From assembly GCA_963733195.1 (NCBI GenBank), contig CAVTCR010000018.1, forward strand, positions 29,806-93,805: a stretch of DNA of 64,000 nucleotides, written 5' to 3'. The stretch comes from an uncultured delta proteobacterium. GTDB taxonomy: Bacteria; Desulfobacterota; Binatia; Bin18. The notes under the pieces are model-generated. The model worked only from the letters and a program-made list of their open reading frames with translations, was not told where the DNA came from and made no database searches. The translations under genes were made by a program, and so were the position numbers. Shown one piece after another: positions 31,230 through 41,984 of this stretch (positions are counted from its first letter, which is position 1; the number at the start of each line of letters is the position of its first letter).

Positions 31230-31985
31230 ATGCGCCGTTTCTTCGTTCCAGCCACGCAGATCCATGATTCCCGCACTTTCATTAGTGGTGATGAATTCCA
31301 TCATTTGCGTAATGTCCTCCGGCTCCACGTAGGTGCTGAGATAACGCTATGTGATGATCAGGGAAAAGAATATCACGGAATGATTGTGGCACTGTCTTCA
31401 ACCTCGGCAGAAATCGCTCTTCGTCACAGAGAGCGACTCTCTCCTCCACGCCTCCCTCTTACTCTTGCCCTTGGCCTATTGAAAGGTCAAAAGATGGATC
31501 TGGTCATTGAAAAGGTGACCGAGTTAGGTGTTGATTGTGTCGTTCCTTTCACGTCCACATTCACGATTTCCCAACTGCCAACGGAACGGCAAAACGAGCG
31601 GCTGTCTCGCTGGCAACGTATCGCCCAGAGCGCCGCGAAACAGTCAGGCAGTGTCATACCGCAGATACTCTCGCCCCAGACCTTTGAGCATCTCTGTGGC
31701 TCACAGCCACCGGACACGACCATGATCCTATTTTACGAACGTGAGCGAGAGGACACACTCAAAGCATTTGCTACCGAGCATCTCCATGTCTCTTCGCTGT
31801 GTATCATCGTGGGTCCAGAAGGTGGATTCGCGCCAGAAGAGATCGAGCTGGCACGCCGAGGAGGAATTCACATCCTTGGGCTCGGAGCACAGATCTTACG
31901 TGCAGAAACAGCAAGTATCGTCGCGGTTGCGTTGTGCCGATTCCTCTGGGATGGCGCAACAGTTCCCCCCTTGCTCCAGCGCTGA
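31230..31985 (+). CDS. rsmE: 16S rRNA m3U1498 methyltransferase
   Basis: Motifs MRRFFV, HHLRNVLRL, EKVTELGV, IVGPEGGF and ILRAETA. Confidence 0.95.
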   Translation: MRRFFVPATQIHDSRTFISGDEFHHLRNVLRLHVGAEITLCDDQGKEYHGMIVALSSTSAEIALRHRERLSPPRLPLTLALGLLKGQKMDLVIEKVTELGVDCVVPFTSTFTISQLPTERQNERLSRWQRIAQSAAKQSGSVIPQILSPQTFEHLCGSQPPDTTMILFYEREREDTLKAFATEHLHVSSLCIIVGPEGGFAPEEIELARRGGIHILGLGAQILRAETASIVAVALCRFLWDGATVPPLLQR

Positions 31986-32016
31986 AGAATGCCATAGCAT
32001 GCCGCACTGAACACAT

Positions 32017-32084
32017 AAAACGTAAAGCGTGAAACGTGATGCGGGATTCCGGCACTCTCTGGTTACGTTTTACGTCTCACGTTT
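32017..32084. repeat. Inverted heptamer arrays (hairpin) between rsmE and gshB
   Basis: AAAACGT-AAAGCGT-GAAACGT ... TACGTTT-TACGTCT-CACGTTT. Confidence 0.75.
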
Positions 32085-32137
32085 TATGCCACGGGATTCA
32101 ACGATCTCTGCAAATTTCTTAACCGAGGGCAATACCC

Positions 32138-33100
32138 ATGCGCTTCGCCTTTATCATGGACCCGATTCAGAACGTGTTAATCGATAAAGACACAACGTTT
32201 GTATTTATGCTGGAGTCTCAAGTCCAGGGCCATGAGGTATGGTACCTCGAAATGCGTGATCTCTTCGTCCACCGCTCACGAGCGATGGGACGTGCGCGCC
32301 ACATTGAACTCCGACGAGAGCTTGGTAACCATTTCACTTTTCATGGGGAAGCAACGGAACCGCTTGGCGCGTTTGACGCAGTGTTCATGCGCAAAGACCC
32401 ACCGTTTGACATCGCGTATTTGCACGCCACTCAGTTCCTCGACCTCGCCCAAAACGATGGGGCCTTTGTCATGAATAATCCGGCGGGATTACGCGCAGCC
32501 AACGAAAAACTCTTTGCGTTGAACTTCCCCAGCGTTATTCCCGCAACCTTAGTGTCACAAGATGCGCAACGGATCAAAGCGTTTATGGACGAACTCGGCG
32601 GAGAAATGATCATTAAGCCGGTCGATGGTCACGGCGGGTTTGGAATTTTCTATGGTCACCGCGATGATCGCAACATAAACTCATTGATAGAAACCATGAC
32701 CCATGAAGGGCGTGAACCAATTATTGCTCAGCAGTATATCCCCGAGGTCCGACAAGGAGATAAACGGTTAATCATGCTAAATGGCGCTCCCCTAGGATGT
32801 ACGCTTCGAGTCCCACGAGCAGATGAGCATCGCGGCAACATCCATGTCGGCGGCACCTGCGTGAAAGCCGAGATCACCGCACGAGATCGCGAGATTTGTC
32901 GCGAGGTCGGACCACGGCTACGACAGGAAGGACTTTACTTCGTCGGTCTCGACATCATTGGCGACTATCTTACCGAAGTGAACGTCACCAGCCCAACAGG
33001 AGTGCAGGAGATCAACGCGCTGAATGGCGTCAAGCTTGAAACCCAAGTCATTGAGTTTGTCGAGCGGCAGGTGGAAGAACGGAAGCGTGGCCGAGTATAA
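32138..33100 (+). CDS. gshB: Glutathione synthetase
   Basis: Motifs IMDPI...KDTT, MRKDPPFD, NEKL, KPVDGHGG.GIF, GDKR, RGNIHVGG and TEVNVTSPTG. Confidence 0.96.
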   Translation: MRFAFIMDPIQNVLIDKDTTFVFMLESQVQGHEVWYLEMRDLFVHRSRAMGRARHIELRRELGNHFTFHGEATEPLGAFDAVFMRKDPPFDIAYLHATQFLDLAQNDGAFVMNNPAGLRAANEKLFALNFPSVIPATLVSQDAQRIKAFMDELGGEMIIKPVDGHGGFGIFYGHRDDRNINSLIETMTHEGREPIIAQQYIPEVRQGDKRLIMLNGAPLGCTLRVPRADEHRGNIHVGGTCVKAEITARDREICREVGPRLRQEGLYFVGLDIIGDYLTEVNVTSPTGVQEINALNGVKLETQVIEFVERQVEERKRGRV

Positions 33101-33289
33101 ATCCAGGAGGTCATCATAAGATAAGGAGAATAGCAAACGCACTAATGCACAACGCAGTTCCGTTCAACCGGCTTTATTCGCCTTGCGGCGAGCAGACCAG
33201 GGAGTGTGCCTCCTGTGGCACTGTAGGACGGATTAAATCCTTGGCGTTCGGCCCATCTCATAACAGACTGATCGTCAACGAGGTACACC

Positions 33290-34126
33290 ATGAAACAAAT
33301 GGATCGGGCAGCCCTCGATGGCCTCGAACTTGAATACGAAGTCCAAGGTACTGGGGAGCCAGTCGTGCTGATGCATGCCGGCGTCTGCGCTGACTTTTTC
33401 AAGCCGCTCTTGAAGGAACCAGCTCTTACCAGCCGGTATCGCTTGCTCAGTTACCATCGTGTCGGCTATGCGGGCAGTACCCGCTTAGTTGGTGCGGTTA
33501 GCATCGCGCAACAGGCGGCCCATTGTCGCTCCCTGATGCGCTACCTCGGCATTGAGCGAGCACACATTATTGGGCACTCCTCCAGCGCGATGATGGCCCT
33601 CCAACTGGCCTTGGATGCTCCGGAGACGGTGCAAACCCTGGCCCTTCTGGATACAGCGCGACCCGCGCCATCGAGCGAGGTACAGATGGAGTTCATCAAA
33701 GCCGTCGTGCAACCTGCCTTGCAGCGTTACGACGCGAGCGACAAGGCCAGGGCCGTGGATACTTGGATGCAGGGGATCTGCGGGCCGGATTACCGGGCCG
33801 CGCTGGAGCAAGCCCTGCCAGACTCCTTTGACCAAGCCGTAGCTGACGCGGATACGTTCTTCGGCCAGGAACTGCCGGCGGTGCAGCAGTGGACGTTTAC
33901 ACAGGAAGACGCGCGTCGCATCATCCAGCCGGTCCTGGCTGTCCTGGGGGCGGAGAGCCGTCCAACCTTCCGCGAGCGACAGGAACTGTTGCTCGCTTGG
34001 TTGCCAGACGTAGAGTCCTTCATCCTCCCCAACGCGACACACCTGCTGCATGTGCAGAATCCCCGCGGCATGGCAGAGGGCCTGGCTGCCTTCTTCGCCC
34101 GTCACCCGCTCTTGGCATCTACCTGA
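33290..34126 (+). CDS. Alpha/beta hydrolase
   Basis: Motifs GTGEPVVLMHAG, YHRVGYAGS, IIGHSSSA and ATHLLH. Confidence 0.85.
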   Translation: MKQMDRAALDGLELEYEVQGTGEPVVLMHAGVCADFFKPLLKEPALTSRYRLLSYHRVGYAGSTRLVGAVSIAQQAAHCRSLMRYLGIERAHIIGHSSSAMMALQLALDAPETVQTLALLDTARPAPSSEVQMEFIKAVVQPALQRYDASDKARAVDTWMQGICGPDYRAALEQALPDSFDQAVADADTFFGQELPAVQQWTFTQEDARRIIQPVLAVLGAESRPTFRERQELLLAWLPDVESFILPNATHLLHVQNPRGMAEGLAAFFARHPLLAST

Positions 34127-34141
34127 AGGCGATTATGTCTT

Positions 34142-34264
34142 ACTTGACGCCATGGGTTCGCAGAAGCACAAATCTGGCAGTTTTGATGGAGTTGCAGCCT
34201 GTTCTGCGCCCAAATGATGGCACAATCTCTCCAAAACGCGAGGTCTGAGAGCTTGGCGTCAAGT
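34142..34264. repeat. 11-bp inverted repeats (possible IS-end relic or MITE)
   Basis: ACTTGACGCCA at 34142-34152 and TGGCGTCAAGT at 34254-34264. Confidence 0.45.
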
Positions 34265-34355
34265 TCGCCATAATTCCCAAAAGATTGGCAGGGGGAAGAT
34301 CGGGGGGCGTGCGAGAATTCTTCTCGTGTTTGTCGCCCTCTGAAGACAGCCGCCA

Positions 34356-35643
34356 CTACGCAGGGAGCGTAAACACGAAGGTCGCCCCCTGCCCAGGCTC
34401 GGATTCGACCCGGATGTGGCCACCATGGAGCTCGACGATCTTCTTGCAGATCGCGAGTCCCATGCCGATGCCTTCGTATTCCTTGCTGTTGTGCAGACGC
34501 TGAAACACGTTAAAGACACGCTCGCGGTGTTGCTCCGCAATGCCAATCCCGTTATCCGCGACGCTGATCTCCCACTGGTCATGCGCCTTTGTCGCACTCA
34601 CCCGCACGTGGGGGCGACGGTCGGGGTGACGGAATTTTACGGCATTGGTGATCAAGTTCTGAAACAGGGAGCGTAATTGACCTGCGTGTCCACGCACGGT
34701 CGGCAGCGGGTCGTGCTGCACGGTAGCCCCTGCCGCTGCGAGCTGCGAGTGCAGATCAGCCACGACTTCCTTGACTATCGTCGCGAGACTGGTGGGAAGC
34801 ACATCCTTACCAGTGGTGCTGAGATGCGCCAGGGCCAGCAGTGCCTCGATGCGCTGCTCCATCCGCTTGGCTCCGGCTACGGTAAAGGCGATGAATTCCT
34901 CTGCCTCCTGATCCAAGCGGCTGCTATACCGCTGGGCCAGCAATTGGGTATAGGACGTGACCGTCCGCAGCGGCTCCCGCAAGTCATGGCTCACGCTCGC
35001 GGCGAATTGCTCCAACTCCCGATTGCTCCGCTCTAACTCCGCTTGCTTGCTGCGGACGCTCGCCACGGCCTCAGTCACTTGGTAGGCAGCCGCAGTAAAC
35101 TCAGCTAGGCTGCTGAGGATGCGTACGTCTTCGGCATCAAACTTTCGCTGCTCGTCGTGGGCCATGAGCCAGAGGGTGCCTCTCACTTCCCCCGCAACAA
35201 AAAATGGCAGCAACAGCACCTCGACAATGGGAGGCTGCGCTTCATTAAGGTACGGATAGTAACGGCCTGGAGCGGACACGAGTTGCAGTTGCCGACGATC
35301 CACTACGATCCCACACGGACTGAAATCGCGCTGGGTCATGCCCCCCAGATGGGCTGCGAAGGCGCCGGCCAACGCCCGCCAGCGGAAGACCGCGTGTCCT
35401 TCATACTGCTCTATCAAGCTAATACCTGCCGTCTCAGCCTGGCAAAGTTCTCTGGCCACTTCGGTCACTCGTTGTAAAATGGATTCCGGCGCCTGGGCCA
35501 GTCCCCGAGCAAGCTCGACCAGGGCGCGATTTTCGGCTTGATAGTCTGGGGGTCGACGTGGCCGTTGTTGCGAGGGCGTGAGTAATGAAGATATCCTCTA
35601 GGCGAACCGCTTCCGGTATTTGACTTCCGTCGTGCTGCGTCAT
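34356..35643 (-). CDS. GAF-sensor histidine kinase (frameshift near 35560)
   Basis: GAF domain (AETAGISL, FSPCG, EVLLLPF), H-box SHDLREPL, NAVKF, DNGIGI and GMGLAI. Confidence 0.85.
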
Positions 35644-35810
35644 CGTCAGCTCCTGTGTAGGGGACAGTGTCAGCTGCAGACTCCTCTCACGCAGCCAACG
35701 CTTTGTGGTCACTTCTCCTTGAAAATCTCAAAGGACGATTCTCTGCATACACCGGTGTGGTTTTCACCTTGGCATACTTCAGACACTTCTGACCCTGTTC
35801 CCCTCTCCAG

Positions 35811-36251
35811 CTACGACGGCTCTTCCTCCCGCTCCCGCTCTGACCCTAGCCCGTGCTTCACCAGCCCCTTGATGGAACTAAAGTAGGCAGAAAAGTCCGC
35901 CAGAGATTTTTGCACATACGCGCTGGCGCCAAGAGCGAGACAGGACTGCTCTGCCCGCTCTCTGGGCGTACTACTCAGCACGACAATCGGGGTCGCGTGA
36001 TACGCCGGCAACTGTCGGATTGCGGTGAGGAGTTGGAGGCCGCTCATCGTGGGTAAGCTGAGGTCTAAGATAATGAGGGCAGGCGTCGGCACAGACGTTA
36101 AAGGGTAGGCTTTGCGCAGAAACGTAAGGGCCTCTGCCCCGTCGGGCATGGTCCAGAGCTGAAGATCCTGGCCACACTCTGCCACTGCCCGCTGAACGAG
36201 ATAGACATCCGCAGCACTGTCCTCGACCAAGAGAATGGCTTTTGTTGTCAT
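35811..36251 (-). CDS. Single-domain response regulator (Rcp1-like)
   Basis: Motifs ILLVEDSAAD, DGAEALTFL, LIILDLSLP and PIVVLSS. Confidence 0.88.
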   Translation of the reverse strand: MTTKAILLVEDSAADVYLVQRAVAECGQDLQLWTMPDGAEALTFLRKAYPLTSVPTPALIILDLSLPTMSGLQLLTAIRQLPAYHATPIVVLSSTPRERAEQSCLALGASAYVQKSLADFSAYFSSIKGLVKHGLGSEREREEEPS

Positions 36252-36554
36252 ACCTGCCTCAGCCTTGTTTCTATCCTAGTCCGAAATGCCGGGGAAGGAA
36301 GAGGCGGGCCGTTTTTATTTATGGCCTGCTGGAAGAGCGATCAGCAAAGAGGCAAGAGACAGAGATTCATGAATGGCATCATGAGCCATCTTAAGATTCT
36401 GGAAATCAGATCTAAGAGATAGCTTTACATACTCCAATCCAAGTTCGCCTTTTATGTGACGATAGGCAGACTCAAGCAGTTCCTCAAACTCAGACTCTTT
36501 GTTCATTCCTGACCTTGACTACTCTGACACAGCCTTACAATGAGAAGAATGGCT

Positions 36555-36863
36555 TCACAGCCTCTGGCTCTCATCTTCTCTTGCATCGAGAGCATTTCTT
36601 TGGAAGGTGACAGGTGTATCCCTACGGCTACGAAGACAGCGAAAGATACCCACTGCGCTGATAAGCGCCCAAAAGCTCTCAACAATCAACGCTGAGAGAT
36701 TGAAGTCGAACAGGAGTGAAACAACAAGGAAAGATGCACCTACCGCATTCAGGACGGAGTACGAGAGGTCCCGTGATGAGAGACGATCCAGTTGGAGCAG
36801 AAAGTATCCACCAAGGATGAAGATCGTCCCAACGATACCAAGCCACTGATGCCACACGCTCAT
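36555..36863 (-). CDS. Small membrane protein (CBU_0592-like)
   Basis: Reads GIVG..ILGGYFLLQ...YSVLNAVGA...FNLSALIVESFWALIS. Confidence 0.65.
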   Translation of the reverse strand: MSVWHQWLGIVGTIFILGGYFLLQLDRLSSRDLSYSVLNAVGASFLVVSLLFDFNLSALIVESFWALISAVGIFRCLRSRRDTPVTFQRNALDAREDESQRL

Positions 36864-37234
36864 TTTACGAATCATGTACGAAGCCACGCCCAGATGAAAC
36901 ACCCATGAGCATAACTGACGTACATGATGAAAGGCATACGTTGTGAATCTACCCTTGCATCCAACGTCGTACATGATCCAATAACCACGACGATGAAAGC
37001 GGCTTAGCACTCTGTCTAGTCATCTTGAACCAATCGAACGCAGCACCTGTGAGCAGTATTAGCCTGGGAAATAGCCCAAGGCATCTTACCTTGTGCAAGA
37101 ATAGGAGATTATGTAACAATCGGTGTGAATCATTCCAGGTCGGTGGATGTCATATACTGCAACGTGATCGACTTATACGGATCTGTATACTCATTACTTA
37201 GGCCCGAGGATATGGCAATGAGAGGAAAGGTAAG

Positions 37235-38467
37235 ATGCCCCTGCTCAGTCTGGTAGCCTCAAGTCCCGATGCTGTACGTCAGTTGACCATCGAGCAGATT
37301 GTTGCGACTGCTGGCGATGGAAGACTACGAGACGGGACGGAGTCTCAACGGGAATTGCGGGAGTATCTTCGGTTGGTGGCCATCGATGCGCTTGCAACAT
37401 ACGCAGACTATTGCCTTCGCAACGCCTTCCCTAAGAGTGGGCAGGTGCTGCAAGACATCGTTAATGAACTGGGAAGACGGCTTGAGTACGACGTCACGAA
37501 CGGTCGTTACCAAGGGACCACCAACGCAGTTGGTTTTGACGGCATCTGGCGTGATCCCTCAGGACATAGGCTCGTCATCGAGGTCAAGACTACCGATGCC
37601 TACCGGCTTTCTCTGGATACAATCGCTGGTTACAGGGATCAATTGCTTTCGCAGGCAACGTTGACAAGGCCATGCTCGATCTTGATTATTGTCGGACGGA
37701 TTGACACGGGAGAACTGGAGGCGCAGGTCCGTGGGTCTCGTCATGCATGGGATATCAGGCTCATCAGCGTTGATGCCTTGCTGAACCTCGTCCGAATAAA
37801 AGAGAGCGCGGACAGCCAAGAAACGATTGCCAAGATCCGTCTTCTTCTCACACCTCTTGAGTACACAAGGCTTGACGAACTTGTTGATGTAGTGTTCACG
37901 ACCACGCAGGATGTCGAAACAGCCGTTTCCGCTGAAACAGGGGAGCCATTAGAATCCGAGAGTCAAGGGCAAAGCGGGTCCTCTGATGAAAGCTCGTGGG
38001 AATTCACCCCAAGCGAAGTAATCCAAGAGATTCGGGAAAGGATTGTTGCTGCTCTTGGTCATCAACTAGATTGCAGTTTCGTCAAGAAGTCTAGGGCACT
38101 CTACTGGGATCCGAATCGGCGTCAGCGCATGGTGTGCACGGTGTCGAAGCGTTACTTGAACCAAAGCCTAGTCAAGTACTGGTACGCGTATCACCCGCAG
38201 TGGCATGAATTCCTCCGAGAGGGCGAGAACGGGTTCTTCGTGCTCGGGTGTACGGACCTCGACGTGGCTTTCTCACTGCCAGTAGCCATCGTTAGGGACC
38301 ACCTTGAGGAATTCCACACCACCGAAAAGAAGGACGGTTCAGGACTCTACTACCATATTAAGATCGTTGACGCGGGCTCGGAAAAGTACGCACTTCAGCT
38401 CCCGCGCTCTGGACGAACGCTCGTGCTAGATCCGTACTTAGTTCGGCTTGACAAGGTTAAGGCCTAA
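37235..38467 (+). CDS. PD-(D/E)XK restriction-endonuclease-like protein
   Basis: QDIVNELG..L.Y.V, GFDGIW and VIEVKT catalytic pattern (Mrr-like), followed by a separate C-terminal domain after an acidic linker. Confidence 0.65.
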   Translation: MPLLSLVASSPDAVRQLTIEQIVATAGDGRLRDGTESQRELREYLRLVAIDALATYADYCLRNAFPKSGQVLQDIVNELGRRLEYDVTNGRYQGTTNAVGFDGIWRDPSGHRLVIEVKTTDAYRLSLDTIAGYRDQLLSQATLTRPCSILIIVGRIDTGELEAQVRGSRHAWDIRLISVDALLNLVRIKESADSQETIAKIRLLLTPLEYTRLDELVDVVFTTTQDVETAVSAETGEPLESESQGQSGSSDESSWEFTPSEVIQEIRERIVAALGHQLDCSFVKKSRALYWDPNRRQRMVCTVSKRYLNQSLVKYWYAYHPQWHEFLREGENGFFVLGCTDLDVAFSLPVAIVRDHLEEFHTTEKKDGSGLYYHIKIVDAGSEKYALQLPRSGRTLVLDPYLVRLDKVKA

Positions 38468-38732
38468 CATTGTACTCCACCGCATTGCCCCCCATTTGCG
38501 ACAACAAGACCATACTTAATTCAATTAAGTCAGCTTGCACAAGAGGATACAGGCAACGCTAACTTACTAATATATCTGTCCCTGTGAGGCACCTCTACAC
38601 AGCACAATGTGTCACATTATCACCTTTCTTGTGTCTATGCCCATCTCTGTGACCAATTGATACACAGGGTGCAATGAACGTATTGAACACCAATGGAGAG
38701 AACACCTTGCGCATGCTCCTGAGTGTCGCTGG

Positions 38733-39047
38733 GTGTTTCACAAGGCAGGAGAGAAGATCGGGAGCTTTCGTAAGTCATGGGACCGGGCTTGCAAAGAAGC
38801 AAGCTTGTCTGATAGGAAAACCCCTCACGATTTCCGCAGGACAGCAGTGAGAAACTTGGTTCGTGCTGGTGTTCCTGAACGGGTGGCAATGATGATTACT
38901 GGTCATAAAACCCGTGATGTGTTCGAGCGTTACAATATTGTGTCTGCGGGTGACTTAGAAGAGGCAGCTAAACGGATTGATGGGATGATAGCAACGCAAA
39001 CAACTACAAGTTTAACTACATCACCCATTGAACCCATCACTGAACCC

Positions 39048-39062
<15 letters not shown>
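38733..39062 (+). pseudogene. Tyrosine integrase C-terminal fragment (copy A)
   Basis: PHDFRRTAVRN, TGHKT and RYNI (catalytic H-x-x-R, H, Y) are present; the N-terminal part is missing. Confidence 0.85.
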
Positions 39063-39113
<51 letters not shown>

Positions 39114-39309
39114 ACCCATACAGATTGTGATATAGAGGAATACAGGGAGTGAAGAGAGGCGATAGAGTAAGCCCGGGACTACGGTTTTACTCATCGCCCC
39201 TTTCTCTGTATTACGCCATATTCCTCAGTATCCGCTGCCGTTGGTTACAGTTTTGGTGACGGGTGTTGTTTGCTCTGACTCCGGTTGGTCGTGTGGTTTC
39301 TCCCTGGCT

Positions 39310-41518
39310 TTAATCACTGTGGAAATCCCCTCCCGTACCAAGGAATCCCGGTTTCACCTTGCTTGCCTGATTCCCTGACAAGCCGAAGGACGGGACTCCC
39401 GGAACGGCGGCGAACCTCGTGTCAGGGGCTAAGCAGAAAACATCCAACTGGGGGACCTTCGCTAATTTCAGGTTCGGTTGCTTCGCTGGCTCTCCCACAG
39501 GGGTAGGATTCTCCTCCTCAACTGTGGGCATTTCAGCGGGTTGGGGTTGGCGGATGGTCCAAAGGGCGAGGGCAACGGCGTGTTTGCAGGTGACTCCCGG
39601 TAGAGCGCATCCTTACACGAACAGGTAATTAGTGGTCACTAATTTATTCCCTCCTTATTTTTCAAGAGGTTGGGAGGCTTGAGATGGAGCAACTGGCGGA
39701 ATTTTTGGGCGCGCGTGGTCAGGCGACCGTAGACGGATACGGCGGACCGTGGCCGCGTTGTGCGCCATGACCGCCATCGTCAGTTGCACACAGGCACCGT
39801 GCCACCCTTTGTAGCGCAGTTGGCCAGCCCCCCGACTCAGCAAACTGGCGATGATACTTTCGACCACCGGACGACTGTAGCCTGCCGCGCAGGCCAGCTG
39901 CACTTGGCGGGGGGTGCGTTTGCGGTGCAAGTCGGCGGGGGTAAGCAGCTCCTGGATAGCCTCAGGCGACGGCGTGGGCGAGAGGGGCTCGACCGTGCGA
40001 GGGATACCAACTGTGAGGATGCCGCGGGCGTGCAGACTCTCCCGCAGCGTGGGGTCGTTCACGGCCAGATCCCCCGCCAGCGAGTGGATGCTGGGAGCAG
40101 GGCGCGTGGAGACGCGAGCACAGGCCGTCTGGACTTGGTCGACCAAGGGCAGGACGTAGCTGAGATCACTGGGATTGCCCACGGGCAGCTGCGCGGCGAA
40201 CACGAAGCCCGTGGCGGGCTCGGCGAGAATCCCGGGCTTGCGGCCAAACTGGGTGGGGCAGTTGCTCTTGCCTTTGCAGATCGGGGCAATGGTGGCATCA
40301 TAGGCATTGACGATTTTACAGCGGGTCAGGGGCTTGCCGTGGGTGAGGCGACGGGATGGAGTGGCAATCTGCTGATGGGCGGCGAGGGCGACGGTCAGGG
40401 TGGTGTCCCAGCGCGTCCGCTGGTCCTCCGTCAACTGGGGGGCGGTTTGCACCTGCGCCTGGGCGGTGCGCGCCAACGCCACCACGGGCTCGCCCGTCGT
40501 CAGCAGCTGGGTTTCGGTCTGCCGGACCAAACTCACAAAGACTTTCCCCTGCCCCCGGCATTGCCGCCCAAAGCGGCGCATAATCTTGGCGAGGTCCTGG
40601 TGCTGCTGCTGGGCCTGCGTCTTCAGGGCCGTGCCCTGGGTGGTACACTGCTCCGCGATCTGCGCGATGAGCTGGAGGACTTTTTTTTCGCCTTGTACAA
40701 GGTCGCGGCATCATTGACCCGTTGGCTGCCCTGCTCGCTGGGAAAGGTATCCACCACCAGGTGCGCCGGACTCACCACGCCTTGCTCGATCGCCGCCGCG
40801 GCCTGCAGCGCTAACAGCTCCTGGAGCAACGCCTCATCCAGACGACTGCGAAACTGGGTCAGCAGCTCAGGCAGCACGAAGTGGGCTTGGGTGCGGTTCA
40901 CCTGCACCTCCGTAATCCCGCAGGCATACATCACCGCTAAGTCCGTCCGCAGCTGGTTACAGATTTGTTCGTCGGAACAGTGCAGTTCATGCTTGAGTAA
41001 TTCCAGCGCCAACAACACGCGCGTCGCCACGGGGGCTCGTCCACGAGCGGTGGGAGTGGGAAACCGTTGGGCGAAGTTCCGCTCCACGGCAGCGACGAGT
41101 GCGGCCCACGGAAACGTGTCCGCCCACTGCCGCACCGGATGGGTCTCCGGGACGAAGTCGGCCACGACCAGCGGTCGCCCTGTTCCGGTTAACCAATGCT
41201 GGAGGTGACGCAGTAGGCCCATGCTCGACTCTCCTTCCTGCTGAGGTAGGCCCAGCATGAGAACGAGCAACTTCACTTGACAACCTTTGAAGAGGGCCGA
41301 ATAAATTGTAGCCACTAATTAAGTCCATGCCTGGCAATCGTACACCCGTCTCTTCCCCACACATTTTTACCAGTGCCGAATCTCACACGCGGATTGACAG
41401 TAAAGGTAATGGCTAGGCTGTTCTCGGTAAGGGCGTGTACGGCGCGTTGTAAACAATCAGGCGAGACACTTTTGAGGGCGGTCAAGGCGAGGAGGTTGGA
41501 GCACGAAGTGGTTGTCAT
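39310..41518 (-). pseudogene. SWIM zinc-finger protein gene interrupted by an IS
   Basis: The N-terminus is ORF 41315-41518. Beyond the IS it continues TCSCKDALYR(fs)GVTCKHAVAL, a CxC...CxH SWIM motif. Confidence 0.65.
39632..41315 (-). mobile_element. IS5/IS1182-like insertion sequence (transposase ~41223-39655, two frames)
   Basis: DUF772-like N-terminus (GRAP..TRVLL, SDEQIC), VVDT, KGKSNCPTQFGRK, GDL and R.VVESII. IRs GTGGTCACTAATTTATTC / GTGGCTACAATTTATTC, flanking TAATTA repeats (39626, 41316), and an A AAA AAG slippery site at 40680-40688. Confidence 0.85.
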
Positions 41519-41984
41519 TGCCGGAAATCCTCCGACTGGGTAGTAGTACAGTAGCGGCTCTCATTACCAGCGTTTCTGAGGGTCGCCAGCTCTGTCATAG
41601 TATTCCCGTACTGTGGCAGAGCGCTTCAGGGTCTCTTCTTTCTTGTGTTTACCTCCGTTCTTCCGTTTCTCAATTCACCGTAGCAGAGTCGTGTCCCAGT
41701 GTTAATAACAATCAGTTATCTAACCAATTGTTATTTACATATTGTGGCTCTGTCCCGCTGGCCACCAATAAATTGTCGCTCTGGTCCGCTTCACCTGCTT
41801 CGCTCTGATTGCCACGGAGGGTGGGATTTGGGGAGGTGCGGGTTGTGACGGATGGTAGGAGGGTGGTCCCAGGTGCAAAAGGGATCCTATTGGGCGGAGG
41901 AGTCCCGTTTCCATCCGAGTCTCTAACCGTTCGGGGTGTACTTCCCTCGTGCGCGTCCCGGATTTCCAAATGGTACCTTCAGTC

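Noticed and set aside
34356-36251. Bacteriophytochrome/Rcp1 light-sensing pair
   Set aside because: The kinase core and receiver are of that type, but there is no PAS-GAF-PHY module or DIP chromophore motif, only a single GAF domain.
38462-38500. attC site after the nuclease gene (GCCTAAC overlapping the stop)
   Set aside because: There is no matching GTTRRRY box or palindromic arm downstream.
39760-41208. 482-aa plus-strand ORF
   Set aside because: It is antisense to the IS transposase in GC-rich sequence and has no recognisable motifs.
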